Positions 12,986-26,009 of a DNA stretch of 64,000 nt are shown here, piece after piece. The translations under genes were made by a program, and so were the position numbers. The first letter of the stretch is position 1, and every line of letters starts with the position of its first letter. The DNA is taken from contig NC_042997.1 of NCBI RefSeq assembly GCF_006345805.1, positions 206,088,001 through 206,152,000 of the forward strand, read 5' to 3'. The notes beneath the pieces were generated by a model that saw only the letters and a list, made by a program, of their open reading frames with translations, was not told the origin of the DNA and did not search any database. Source of the DNA: Octopus sinensis. Lineage: Eukaryota.

Positions 12986-14399
12986 AGCAAGCTACGTACC
13001 ACACAGCCACTCATGTTTTTTAAGCTTCTTTTAATATTTATATTTTTATGCGCCCCTTTTATATTTTGATAGTTTTCGCATTTAAAAAAAAATATTTTTA
13101 TATTTTTATATTTTTATATTCTTATTGTATTTATAGCTTTACATATGTGTAATTCCTTTCTATCAAAGAGGGTTAGTAACTCTTGTGGAAGCGGCTAATC
13201 ACATTCCATAGGACTGGCTTGTCCACCTTATTCCCCACCTGGGGCCCAGCTCTCACTGGCAGCTCCATGTTGCTGCAGCATACACAGCAGCCACACCCAG
13301 TAAACCACTTTGACTGGCAGGTTACCAGGTGTGGGTAGCCAATGATTTTCAAATATTCAGTGAGATAGTGGCTTGTCTATTCATGCATGTGAGAACTGGT
13401 TCTCATGTACTGGGTGCAAGAGACAACTGGTGAGGTCCACTAGCCAGCAGGTTTTGTGGGGTGCATGGTATATACATACATATACAGATGCACATACATC
13501 TGTGCACACATATATGCACATACATATATACCACAGCTTCCTCGTACGTTTGCTCATGCACATACATATTCACATAGATAAATACGTATATATACACACA
13601 TGCACTCCCTAAATATATATGTGTGTGGCCATACATGCATGCAGATACATACAGGGTTATATAAGATATGTCAATGGATGTGTCTACCTATCTGCACGCA
13701 CATACACCCATATACATGTACATTTCAGCATACACACACACATTTGCATCCACAGATATATACATACATAAATATATATATATATTCACACACACATGTA
13801 TATTTTTGCACACATATGCAGGTATACTTGTATATATTCACTCACACTCATGTTTGTATACATTTGCCCATATATACATACACATATTTATATGTGCATT
13901 GCATATATATATAACCATACACATACATGCATACACATGTCACCTCACACATACATACACACACACATATATATATATACTTGATTAAAACGCAGCAAAA
14001 ATATTACAAAAACTGATACTCAGAGTTTAACGTTCCCGTTTGTCAGACAGTTTTGTTTAGAATGGGGCAAGATAAAGTTATAAGCAAAAACAAAAAACAA
14101 TTACTTTGATAGATACACATTTGCAAATGGTTTTGTTTCATTGGTCCTTTCAACTAACGGTCTTTTCAATAACTGGTTGTGTGCAATAACAAATTGCAGT
14201 ATAAAATCATATTATTATAAAACTCGCAGAAAACATTAAAACAAAAATAGGTTATGAAGAAGGAAAAAAGCTTGGATACTCTGGGTAAATAATTAATTGT
14301 AAAAAGTAGTAATAAATTAAAACATATATTATTAAAAAAATCTCATGCTAAAATACATATACATATATAGCAATTCATACACATAGCAATTATTTTGTA

Positions 14400-16228
14400 T
14401 TGCCCGCGGGAGCTCCTCTATGCTGATGACCAGGCCCTCATAGCAGAATCCCTACCAGAACTACAGAAGACATTTCGGGTGTGGAAGCATGGTTTAGAAT
14501 TGAAGGGCCTTAGAGTCAATGTTGCAAAACCAAAGTCTTAGTAAGTAGGAAGGCGAACACATCACATACCCCTTCAGCTTGATGGCCCTGCTCAATCTGT
14601 AGAAAAGGTGTAAGAAGAGACCCTATAAAATGTACCCAGTGTAAGCTATGGACACATAAAAGGTGCAGTAATATCAAAGCAAGGCTAACCAGGAAGACAG
14701 CTTTTGTGTGCAGTTGATGCACAGGGGCAATAGATTTCACAGATGCTCAGAAAATGCCAGAGGGAAAAACTAGAAGTAGTTGATAGCTTCCACTACGTAG
14801 GTGACCAAGTCTACAGTGGGGGTGGATGCTCGGAGAGCGTTGCTACTAGAATAAGGATAGCCTGGGCAAAGTTCAGAGTGCTCCTACCCCTACTGGTGAC
14901 AAAGAGCCTCTCAGTCAGAGTGATAGGTAGATAGTACGATGCCTGTGTGTTATCAGCCATGCTACACAACAGTGAAACATGGGCTGTGACTGCTGAAGTC
15001 AAGCATAGGTTCAAAAGAAATGAAGCTAGTATGATCTGCTGGATGTGTAATGTCAGTATACACATATGACAGAGTGTCAGCGCCCTGAGAGAAAAGTTGG
15101 ACATAAGGAGCATCAGATGTGGTATGCAAGAGAGACAACTGCACTGGTATGGTGATGTGTTGCATATGGATGAGGAGAGTTGTGTGAAGAAGTGTCACTC
15201 CCAAACAGTGTAAAGAATGGATGAAGCAGTGAAGCATGACCTTCAAATGTTGGGCCTCACAGAGGCCATGACGAAAGACTGAGGACCCTGGAAATATGCT
15301 GTGACTGAGAAGACCTTCCAAGTAAAGTGAGGTCACAGCCGTAGCCTACACAAGTGTCACAAGTGTCACATAACCATCACATTTAAAAAGTACCTTTAGA
15401 TCATTGGTCAACATGCCATGCTTGAGGAGACTTATTGAGTTAAAATCAAATTAAATCACAATCAAATGGAAATTGTTGTTGTGCCAATACCAGTGCTACC
15501 TGACTGGCTCCCATGCTGGTGGCACGTAATAAGCACCATTCATGGGCTGGTCATTGCCAGTGCTGCCTTGGCTGGTACCACATACCAGAGGCACATAAAA
15601 AACACCATCCAAACATGACCAATACCAGTGCTGCCTGACTGGCCCCTGTGCCGGTGGCACATAAAAAACACCATCCAAACATGACCAATACCAGTGCTGC
15701 CTGACTGGCCCCTGTGCCGGTGGCACATAAAAAACACCATCCAAACATGACCAATACCAGTGCTGCCTGACTGGCCCCTGTGCCGGTGGCACATAAAAAA
15801 CACCATCCAAACATGACCAATACCAGTGCTGCCTGACTGGCCCCTGTGCCGGTGGCACATAAAAAACACCATCCAAACATGACCAATACCAGTGCTGCCT
15901 GACTGGCCCCTGTGCCGGTGGCACATAAAAAACACCATCCAAACATGACCAATACCAGTGCTGCCTGACTGGCCCCTGTGCCGGTGGCACATAAAAAACA
16001 CCATCCAAACATGACCAATACCAGTGCTGCCTGACTGGCCCCTGTGCCGGTGGCACATAAAAAGCACCCACTACACTCTTGGAGTGGTTGGTATTAGGAA
16101 GGGCATCCTGCTGTAGAAACACTGCCAGATCAGATTGGAGCCTGGTGCAGCTTCCTGGTTTACTAGCCCCCAGTCAAACCGTCCAATCCGTGCTAGCATG
16201 GAAAACAAATGTTAAATGATGATGATGA
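14400..16228 (+). mobile_element. RTE-clade LINE fragment with repeat-expanded 3' UTR
   Basis: ELLYADD motif near 14410, cysteine-rich insert, YVGDQV...AWAKF, (GAT)n tail at about 16218. Confidence 0.85.
15591..16052. repeat. Seven identical 66-bp tandem units in the RTE 3' UTR
   Basis: Unit GCACATAAAAAACACCATCCAAACATGACCAATACCAGTGCTGCCTGACTGGCCCCTGTGCCGGTG; 22-aa period in ORF 15496-16122. Confidence 0.95.
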
Positions 16229-16501
16229 TGTTTTGACTTCACTTTTAAGAAAGACTTTGACTGTTTTACAAATTTAAATTTAAGTTTCACTGAGGTTTAT
16301 TTTTATTGTTTACTCAGGCATTTAAATTTTTTTTTATTGTGCAATTTCCTCATTTTAATATTGTATACACCATACAGTTTTTAAAAATGTTTGCATATGT
16401 ACATTATGATGTGTATATTTATCTTGATGTGAAGATATGTCTCTCTATATATGAGTGTATGTATGTTTGTGTATATGTATGCATATATATATGTGTATGT
16501 A

Positions 16502-16568
<67 letters not shown>

Positions 16569-16744
16569 CATTCCTTAATCTGAGCTGAGGCAATCTGAAC
16601 AGTAACTAAAGGAACATTACTAAATCCACACAGAAAGATCAAACCATACATATATTCATATATTCATTTATATCTACAGAACAGATATAAAGTCCAACGT
16701 TTAAAAATATAAAATAATGTATATATATGTATGTGTGTGTGTGT

Positions 16745-16905
16745 GTTTGTGTTTGTCCCCCTAGCATTGCTTGACAACCGATGCTGGTGTGCTTATGTCC
16801 CCGTTACCTAGCGGTTCGGCAAAAGAGACCGATAGAATAAGTACTAAAGGCGGTGCTCCAGCATGGCCGCAGTCAAATGACTGAAACAAGTAAAAGAGTA
16901 AAAGA
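16745..16905 (+). mobile_element. SINE 3' tail fragment
   Basis: CATTGCTTGACAACCGATGCTGG...CAGCATGGCCGCAGTCAAATGACTGAAACAAGTAAAAGAG. Confidence 0.7.
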
Positions 16906-17174
16906 GTAATAAATAAATAAACATCATATAAAATATATAAATTTATAAGAATCAGTGTTGCATACAAAACGCAGTGAATTTACGCTTAAAATTATAAAGC
17001 ATTTGGTAAATTAAAAATTTGGGATAATACAACATATAAAGGACATTTTAAAATGACGTATTAAAATTTCAGAAAAAATAAAAATACAAAACTTATAAAA
17101 TTTTTCATCTACGGGCCGTTTTGGAGACACACCTATAAATACGAAACGTTTCATGGCACATAAGAAACCATCGT

Positions 17175-17583
17175 AGCCAGTATCGCATCGACTGGCCTCC
17201 ATGCTGTGGGCACATAAAAAACACCATCCGAGCGTGGCCGTTCGCCAGCCTCGTCTAGCACCTGTGTCGGTGGCACATAAAAAACACCATCCGAGTGTGG
17301 CCGTTCGCCAGCCTCGTCTGGCACCTGTGTCGGTGGCACATAAAAAACACCATCCGAGCGTGGCTGTTCACCAGCCTCGTCTGGCACCTGTGTCGGTGGC
17401 ACATAAAATCACCCACTACACTCTCGGAGTGGTTGGCGTTAGGAAGGGCATCCAGCTGTAGAAACACTGCCAGATCTGACTGGTCTGGTGCAGCCTTCGG
17501 GCTTCCCAGACCCCAGTTGAACTGTCCAACCCATGCTAGCATGGAAAGCGGACGTTAAACGATGATGATGATGATGATGATGA
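17175..17583 (+). mobile_element. RTE 3' UTR-only copy
   Basis: Three near-identical 3' UTR units plus terminal GGAAAGCGGACGTTAAAC(GAT)n. Confidence 0.8.
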
Positions 17584-17661
17584 TTTCATATATTCAAAAC
17601 CGTCACTCCCCTCATCAAGATGTTTTTTACACACAATACAGAATACATGGAAACAAATTTG

Positions 17662-17698
<37 letters not shown>

Positions 17699-17817
17699 CA
17701 GTAAAACAATTAAGATTCAAGTGAATTCCAATGAATTCAAATGAATGCAGTACTTAACTTAGATGCACCAGAAATCTTTATGGTATTAAACATAAAATAA
17801 TGTAGGGTAATTATAAA

Positions 17818-18606
17818 CAAGAAAAAAGCAACAAGAATGGATTAGTTGTTCAGTACAATTGTTTCATACGGAGAACAGTTTTATTTAAAGCTGCAAATAT
17901 TGCCGCAAATTCATCAGCCAAAAGACATATGAGTTTTCCAAACATCCTAGGGGGTGAGGCTAAACTCATGAAGTATCGAAGAGAGTTCTATGAAAATCAA
18001 AGTTAGATTGTAAGCAGACTTAAAATGTTTTCTAATGATGCACAGGTTTATAAAAGGTTTTTAAAAAGATTGTTAGCTTCTCAGAAAAGGTAAATCCATC
18101 CATAATAATGGAGGTGTAATTTCCGGAGATATGAGGAAAGATGTTATTCACAGAGAGGGTGAATGTATCCATAATAATGCAGATGTAATTTCCTGATGTA
18201 TGAGGAAAAGATGTTGATCACACATCTATTCATTGCACAAACTAAGTTGTTGGAAGAAGAGATTGGCTATAGTGGCCACTATAGCCAATCTCTTCTTCCA
18301 ACAACTTAGTTTGTGAAATGAATAGATGTGTGATCAACATCTTTTCCTCATACATCAGGAAATTACATCTGCATTATTATGGATACATTCACCCTCTCTG
18401 TGAATAACATCTTTCCTCATATCTCCGGAAATTACACCTGTATTATTATGGATGGATTTACCTTTGTTTGGAAAACTCATATGTGTTTTGGGTGATGAAT
18501 ACGGGACACTTGTATTTGCTGCAATATTTGCAGCTTTAAATAAATCTGTTCTTTGTATGAAACAATTGTACTGAACAACTAATCCATTCTTGTTGCTTTT
18601 TTCTTG
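17818..18606. repeat. Zero-spacer palindrome (fold-back)
   Basis: Centre AGTGG|CCACT at 18275/18276. Inner arms 18086-18275 and 18276-18465 differ at about 3 positions. Outer arms are more diverged. Confidence 0.95.
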
Positions 18607-19526
18607 TATATATATATATATACACATATGCATATACAGACATACATACATACACACATATATAGAGAGACATGTCTTCAAATCAAGATAAATATATATA
18701 TATATATATATATATCGGATGGTTTATATTTACTTGCCAATTGTCATTCTAATTTTAACCTTCCTATGATATGCAATTTTAAAGATGATGTAATTTGATT
18801 GTTCATTTTGAATCGATAGAAGGTGTTTTTTTCTAATATTTCATGTATAAGCATGTATATATATATATTGTGACATTGAAGGACACATCTTTCGATTTAC
18901 AATCTAATATAGTAGAACATTTAGTATATGTCTGTATATGTATATATATGTGTGTGTGTGTATATATATATTGCCTGTTATATACATTATATTATTTTTA
19001 TAATTTACTTCATCTTTACTTTTTAATTGTCACTTTAATTTTAACTTTCCTATGATATACAATTTTCAAGATGGTGTAATTTAGTTGTTCATTTTGAACC
19101 GATAAAAGGTTTTTGTTCCAATATTTCATGTATAAGCATGTATAATATATATAGTGGTATAAATATCAACACAATTTTTTCCCCTTCCTCCCTTATTTTT
19201 CTTTTTCTTTTTTTGTCTCTCTCCCCTTCTCCAAACACACAGACACACGCACACACACACGCACAAACACACACGGACACACACACAGACACACACACAC
19301 ATAGACACACACACACACATCCACAAAACGATCATAAAAAGTGGAAAGAATTCTTAAACGCAAAAAAGCATTTGACTATTCTCACAATGATAAAAAAAAA
19401 AAATAACTTATGACCTACCTCCCGCCACCCTCCTCATCCACCTCACCGTCTTGTACTGTCTTATATTCCTCCCCACCACTACAAACTATATAATATATAA
19501 TACCTGTACATCATCTCCCAAACATA

Positions 19527-19567
<41 letters not shown>

Positions 19568-19596
19568 TATATCATATTTTACATATAAATAAATAT

Positions 19597-19634
<38 letters not shown>

Positions 19635-19879
19635 AATATATTATATATATATATATATATATATAAATATATATATATATTATATATATAATATATATTT
19701 ATCTTGATGTGAAGATATGTCTCTATATATGTGTGTATGTATGTATATGTATATGTGTATATATATATATATATGATATATGATATATATATATATATAT
19801 ATACATATATAAATATATATATATATGATATATATCATATATATATATTTATATATATCATATATATATATACATCCGA

Positions 19880-20170
19880 ATAGTGGCCGAAGCCAGTGCC
19901 GCCTCGACTGGCTTCCGTGCCGGTGGCACGTAAAATGCACCAATCCGACCGTGGCCGTTGCCAGCCTCACCTGGCACCTGTGTGGGTGGCACGTAAAAAG
20001 CACTCACTACACTCACGAAGTGGTTGGCGTTAGGAAGGGCATCCAGCTGTAGAAACATTGCCAGATAAGACTGGAGCCTGGTGCAGCCTTCTGGCTTCCC
20101 AGATCCCCGGTCGAACCGTCCAACCCATGCTAGCATGGAGAACGGACGTTAAACGATGATGATGATGATG
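19880..20170 (+). mobile_element. RTE 3' UTR-only copy
   Basis: Same terminal sequence and (GAT)n tail. Confidence 0.8.
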
Positions 20171-20449
20171 ATAATATATATATATATATCAATATGTATA
20201 TTATCATCATCATCATCATTGCCTGGGGTCTAGGAAGCCAAGAGCAGCACCAGGCTCCAATCTGATATGGCAATGTTTCTACAGCTGGATGCCCTTCCTA
20301 GCGTCAACTATTCAAAGAGTGTAGTGGGTGCTTTTTACGTGTCACAAGTAAGAAAGTCACAACTACAAATTAAAAAAATATATATATATATATATATATA
20401 TATTTTCATATATATATATATATGTATATATATTATATATATATATATA

Positions 20450-21586
20450 TGAATGAAAGATAGGAGTCATACAGTAGTGGCAAATGGAGCCACCTCTATG
20501 AACACACAAATAGTGAGCGGTGTTCCACAGGGCACTGTCTTGGGACTACTCCTTTTTATAGTGGCCCTCTCAGATATTCCCTCAAATACCCAGATAGCCA
20601 CTCTGGCGAGCTATGTAGATGATACGAAAGTCTCGCAGAAAATACAGAACCCCAGGGATGTTGCACCCCTGCAGCAGGAGTTGGACTCAATTTACAGATG
20701 GGCTGAGGATAATAATATGCAGTTTAATGCTGAAAAATTCCAGGCCCTGCACTACCAGTATCCAAAACTGAATATGAAACTTACAGGGTACACTGGTCCA
20801 CAGGGAATTTCAATCCCAGAGCCTAAGTCAGTGAAGGATGTGGGTATCGACATGAGTCCTGATACCTCTTTCCAAGTGCACACTACCAGGATTGCGACAA
20901 AGTGCAGACGACTGGCTGGAAGGATCCTAAGAACATTCAGAACCAGTGATAAGGAAACTATGATGGTCCTCTGGCTGACATTTGTCCTCAGCCACCTGGA
21001 TTACTGCTCACAGCTATGGTCACCCACCAGTGTGAAATTAACAGCAGACCTTGAAGCAATCAAGAGAAGATTCACAAAGAAGATCGTCTCTTTGCAACAA
21101 CTCAGCTACTGGGAAAGGTTGAAACAGCTAAGACTCTACTCCCCGGAGAGAAGACGGGAGAGTTATGCAGGAATATATATCTGAAAGATCCTGGAAGGAA
21201 TTGTGCCAAATTTTGGCATTGTAAGCTACACCAATGCTAGAACGGGACGACACTGCATAGTGCCAAAGATCCCAGCAATGCCATCACGCTTCAGGACCAG
21301 CTTCTGCAACAACCTGGGTTTCAAGGGCTCACAGCTTTTTAATATTCTCCCAAAGAGTCTGAGGAACTTGCACAAAGTAGATGTAGCAGTTTTTAAATCA
21401 AAGCTGGACCACTTCCTGTCAGGAGTCCCAGATGAGCCTACCTCACGGCAAGAGGTGCAAATGAGGGTAGCTGTATCAACCTCCATTCTTCACCAAGTGC
21501 CACATATTAGAGGAGGCTCTTAGTAATAACAGTGTAGCACAAAACGGTGGTGCATCAGCATGGCCGCAGCTCTGAGCTGGAACTAG
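20450..21586 (+). mobile_element. CR1-group LINE, 5'-truncated RT
   Basis: SGVPQGTVLG, SYVDDTK, LDYCSQLWSP, LSYWERLKQLRLYS; in-frame stop at 21182. Confidence 0.9.
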
Positions 21587-21588
21587 AG

Positions 21589-21907
21589 AGTTGATGAACC
21601 ACCTATTGATCCCCTCCATTTCCTTATTGCTCTATAAATTAATAGTAGAATATCTCTTTACCTTCACCCATTTAGTACACTAGGTAATGTAATTTCTATG
21701 CAATAAAAAACACTTGTGTATTAATAATTGGGTATATCTATCCAATATTCTGCTGGTAGAATACCCAATTATTAATACACAAGTGTTTTTTATTGCATTG
21801 AAATTACATTACCTAGTGTACTAAATGGGTGAAGGTAAAGAGATATTTTACCATTAATTTATAGAGCAATAAGAAAATGGAGGGGATCAATAGGTGGTTC
21901 ATCAACT
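21589..21907. repeat. Fold-back inverted repeat, about 155-bp arms and about 9-nt loop
   Basis: AGTTGATGAACCACCTATTGATCCCC... mirrored by ...GGGGATCAATAGGTGGTTCATCAACT, with few mismatches. Confidence 0.95.
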
Positions 21908-22271
21908 TTTAGACATTATATTATGTTAACTTATTTACTAAATTGACTATTACAAGAACATACATACATGTATAACATATTATGCTTTACATATAAGATA
22001 TAAAATATATTAATATATAAGGATACCAGTAATTATTTCAAAATAATATACATGAATATAAATTGGGAAAATAACATACAGCTGTTTCAGTCAAGAGGCA
22101 AAAATACCTCATTCTACCTTTATTACTCAAGTAGCCTGAAGTAATAGGTAGATGAAATTGAGGTACTTGGGTGTTTCTCTTGGCTATGTCAGAGATTTTA
22201 GAAAGTACATAAGGTTAAGTTATAAATAAATATAAATAGAAAATAAATAAAAATATACACACATTTAAATA

Positions 22272-22311
<40 letters not shown>

Positions 22312-22419
22312 TATACATATACACACATGTAAATAAACATAAATACTTATATATATACTTAAACATACATACATATTTACATTTATAAGCATACATAATA
22401 GTCAGTTATTACTAATATT

Positions 22420-24260
22420 ATTAATATTAGATGCTTTCTATAAAAGTTCTGTATCTCACCTTTTACAAGATACTACCTACTATGAAAGAGTAGTCAACTA
22501 CCAATAATCCAAAACAATGACCAAATTAAACACACTCATTTGCCAACATCAAAATAACTTAACAGCAAAGGAATGCGACTACATAACAAAATTTAGTTGC
22601 AAAACCAGCATCCTCTACGGGCTTCCAAAAACCCACAAAAGCAAAATAATTACCGAAGCCTGCAAAAAGTCCTTCTCAATCTAGATCATTGTGCCACATC
22701 CTACTGTTCTCAAACTGAAACCAACTGTGGCAGGCCCAAACTGAAACACAGATTAAGCAACTTTATCGATACCATCATAAAACCAATACTTAAAAACATA
22801 CTAAATATTGTAAGAGATGACCTGGACCTATTAAATCATCTCCCCACACATACCAATAAAGACATTTTAATTGTCTCCTTTGATGTAATAAACCTTTACA
22901 CTACGATCCCACATGAATATGTACTGGAAGCCATTAAATTCTGGCTAGAAAAACATCCTAATGAGGTCCCGGAAAGAATTTAAAAAATAATTCATCATCA
23001 AGGGCCTTATGTTTATTATCCAAAACAACTTTATGAATTTTAATAATAACACCTACAGACAGTTATCAGGGACTGCAATGGGTACTAAAGTTGCCCCTAC
23101 TTATGCAAACCTGGTGATGGCCTACATAGAACTACAAATTTATGAAAAATACAAATATAAGTATGGCCTGTATTTCCACAAATACCTGATGGAGAACTGG
23201 AAATGCTACTTGGATGATTGCCTCATCCTATCGTCCCACACACTCAACCATCTTATTGACTTCAAAAACTTAATCAACAGTGTCAACAACCATATCCAAT
23301 TTACAATGGAATATAGTCAAGACCAACTACCTTTTCTTGACATTCTTACTATTAAAAAGGCACCAACATTGAAACTGATATCCACTACAAACCAACTGAT
23401 TCTAAACAATACCTTCTGTTCACCTCCAATCACCCAAAGCACACAAAGACAAACATCCCCTTCAACCTAGCGAGAAGAATCTGCACAATTGCCTAATATT
23501 ATAGAACACAAAATAAAAGACTCCAAGAACTAAGGGCAATTCTTCTCAAAAGACATTACCCAGCACCACTAGTTGACAATGGAATAAAATGGGCCAAGAC
23601 AATTACTACCCAAGACCTATGAAAACTAAAACACACTCACAGTACAGTAAATAGTCTCCCCTATTTCTCAACACACAATCCAAGAAATGCAGAAGCTTAC
23701 ACAATTATATACAAGAATATCCCACAGCTGAATCAAGACCCACGTCTAAAAAAAGTACTCTCAACCCATAAAATAATAAAAAGCAAAAGAACCCAAATCC
23801 CTAAAAAACCTACTCACCAATGCAAAATTACTCTACACAAGCCCACCGCCCACAATAAAAAAAAAAGGTTGTTCCAACTGCAGGACTTCCATTCACCTCA
23901 TTGAAGGAACAATGCACAAATTCCACTTGGGACACACTTTTGTCATAAAAAATAACTTCACCAGCACATCAAAGAATTTACTTTATGCCATAAGATGTGA
24001 AGGGTGCCACAAAGATTACATAGGGTAAACAAGCCTTACCCTTAGAGAAAGGATGACTATTCACCACCAACAAATGAGGGAATATACCACAACACAGATA
24101 CCACTTAGTGGGCATTTAGATCTCTGTGCACACAACAAGTCCCCCAAATTCCTAGTTTTCCACTATACCAATGCCCAGACAACACTGACCAAACACAAAT
24201 AAATAGGGAAAACAATCTTATTCAAAACTACAGACCACAACTCAACATACTCTAACCCCC
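22420..24260 (+). mobile_element. Penelope-like element (RT + GIY-YIG), degenerate
   Basis: VSFDVINLYTTIPH, YRQLSGTAMGTKVAPTYANL, YLDDC, LPFLDI; YAIRCEGCHKDYIG*T near 23985. Confidence 0.9.
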
Positions 24261-25540
24261 TCAGGTACACATCCAAAACAAACACACAGAAACACATACA
24301 GATATACAAAATCATACACACACAAAAACAATGCCAACCTCCGACACAAACACACATACATATACGCACACGCACAAACACAATATCCCCACACTCGAGC
24401 ACAAACCCACACACATTTTTAAAAAAACGCAAACATATATGCACTTGCAATACGATTCTAGCAACCATAACCAGCATACACACATACGTAAACACATATG
24501 TAAGTGCATACATGCACACACCTACACACACCACCCCAACAATTACAAATCACATTCACACAAATACACCCACACATACAAGATACACACACAAACACGC
24601 AACTACAACACAACCCACACAAATACACATGCATATATGCACACATGTACACACACACATACACAATACGCCTTCCCAGTAATAAAATCACACACACTCA
24701 AAAGAAAAACACACATATACTCACAATACAATCCCAACAACCACAAAAACACTCACAAACACACATACACACAAGCATGCACACACTCAATGACACACAC
24801 CTCCCCGACAATCACAAGACACATAGACACACTCACACAAACACACCCACACGTATACACACTCACTGCACTAACAATACAAACAACAAATCACTCAGAA
24901 ATGCAGCACACACACACTCAGAAACTACATAAACCATACCCACATATATACACACACAAACGCATACTCAGTACCAACACACACAAAACACACATACATA
25001 CACATGCACACCACCCAGATAAACACAACACATACGGACACACACAGACCCCCTGATAAATACAACACACTTACACACACATATACACACACACATACAT
25101 ATGTTCCCTCACACATGCAAACGGTTGCTCACACACACCACAAGGACAATTAAAACACAAACATACTCAGACACAGATCACACTCACGTACAAACACATA
25201 ACATCCCGGCCAACACAAAAAACATACAAACTATGACGTGCGCACATAGTTGCACACATACACATGCTCACATGCGTACACACAACACCCTAACAAATAT
25301 TAATCACACACATACACACATACACAAACGTGCACACATATACACACACCATCCTACCAAAAATAAAAAACACAAAGACACATCTACACACACCACAATA
25401 AACTCTGGGACCAATCAAAAATGGCCCACTCACAAACACAAACACATGTATATACACACACATAGAGACGTATACAGAGACACACACACTCACACCATTC
25501 TGACCTCTAAGACCAGTCCCAAAACCCACTGAACCATGAC
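24260..25540. repeat. Long degenerate (CA)-rich tract
   Basis: Direct reading; source of His/Thr-rich spurious ORFs. Confidence 0.9.
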
Positions 25541-26009
25541 AGACTAGCCCAGAAAAAAAAATCTTTGAATTCCACATTACTCTTCCTTCCCCCACCCCAA
25601 CCAACCTCCCACACTGTCCCTTAAAATAGCAAACAACCCTTAGCTTCGCACAAAATAAAAAATGCTAAAACAGGTCAGTTCATCTCAAATTCTTTGTAAA
25701 CTCCTAAATATATCTCCTTCTGTGTATATATATACTACCAAACATGAGTTTTAATGAACTCCTAATATTTATCTTGAACTCCTAAAACTTTTTGTTTAAT
25801 ATATTCTCAAGATATTTCCTTGTAAACTGTTTTCAAACATTTTCTTATTATTATAAAAGAATGTATATATGTATTTTAATACTTTTGTGACAACCAGTAC
25901 TTAACACAACAAAGCTCATACAAAGCTTTACATTTTACTTTTGACAATCTTTTTCTAAAAAAGTGAAACCGGTCAAGTGAATAAACATCTTTAAAATTGC
26001 ATTTTCAAA

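Noticed and set aside
15496-16122. 208-aa repeat protein ORF and overlapping ORFs
   Set aside because: By-product of a 66-bp tandem repeat open in several frames within a LINE UTR.
24163-25604. His/Thr-rich and Val/Cys-rich ORFs
   Set aside because: Translations of CA/TG microsatellite; the same applies to the YI/IY ORFs across the window.
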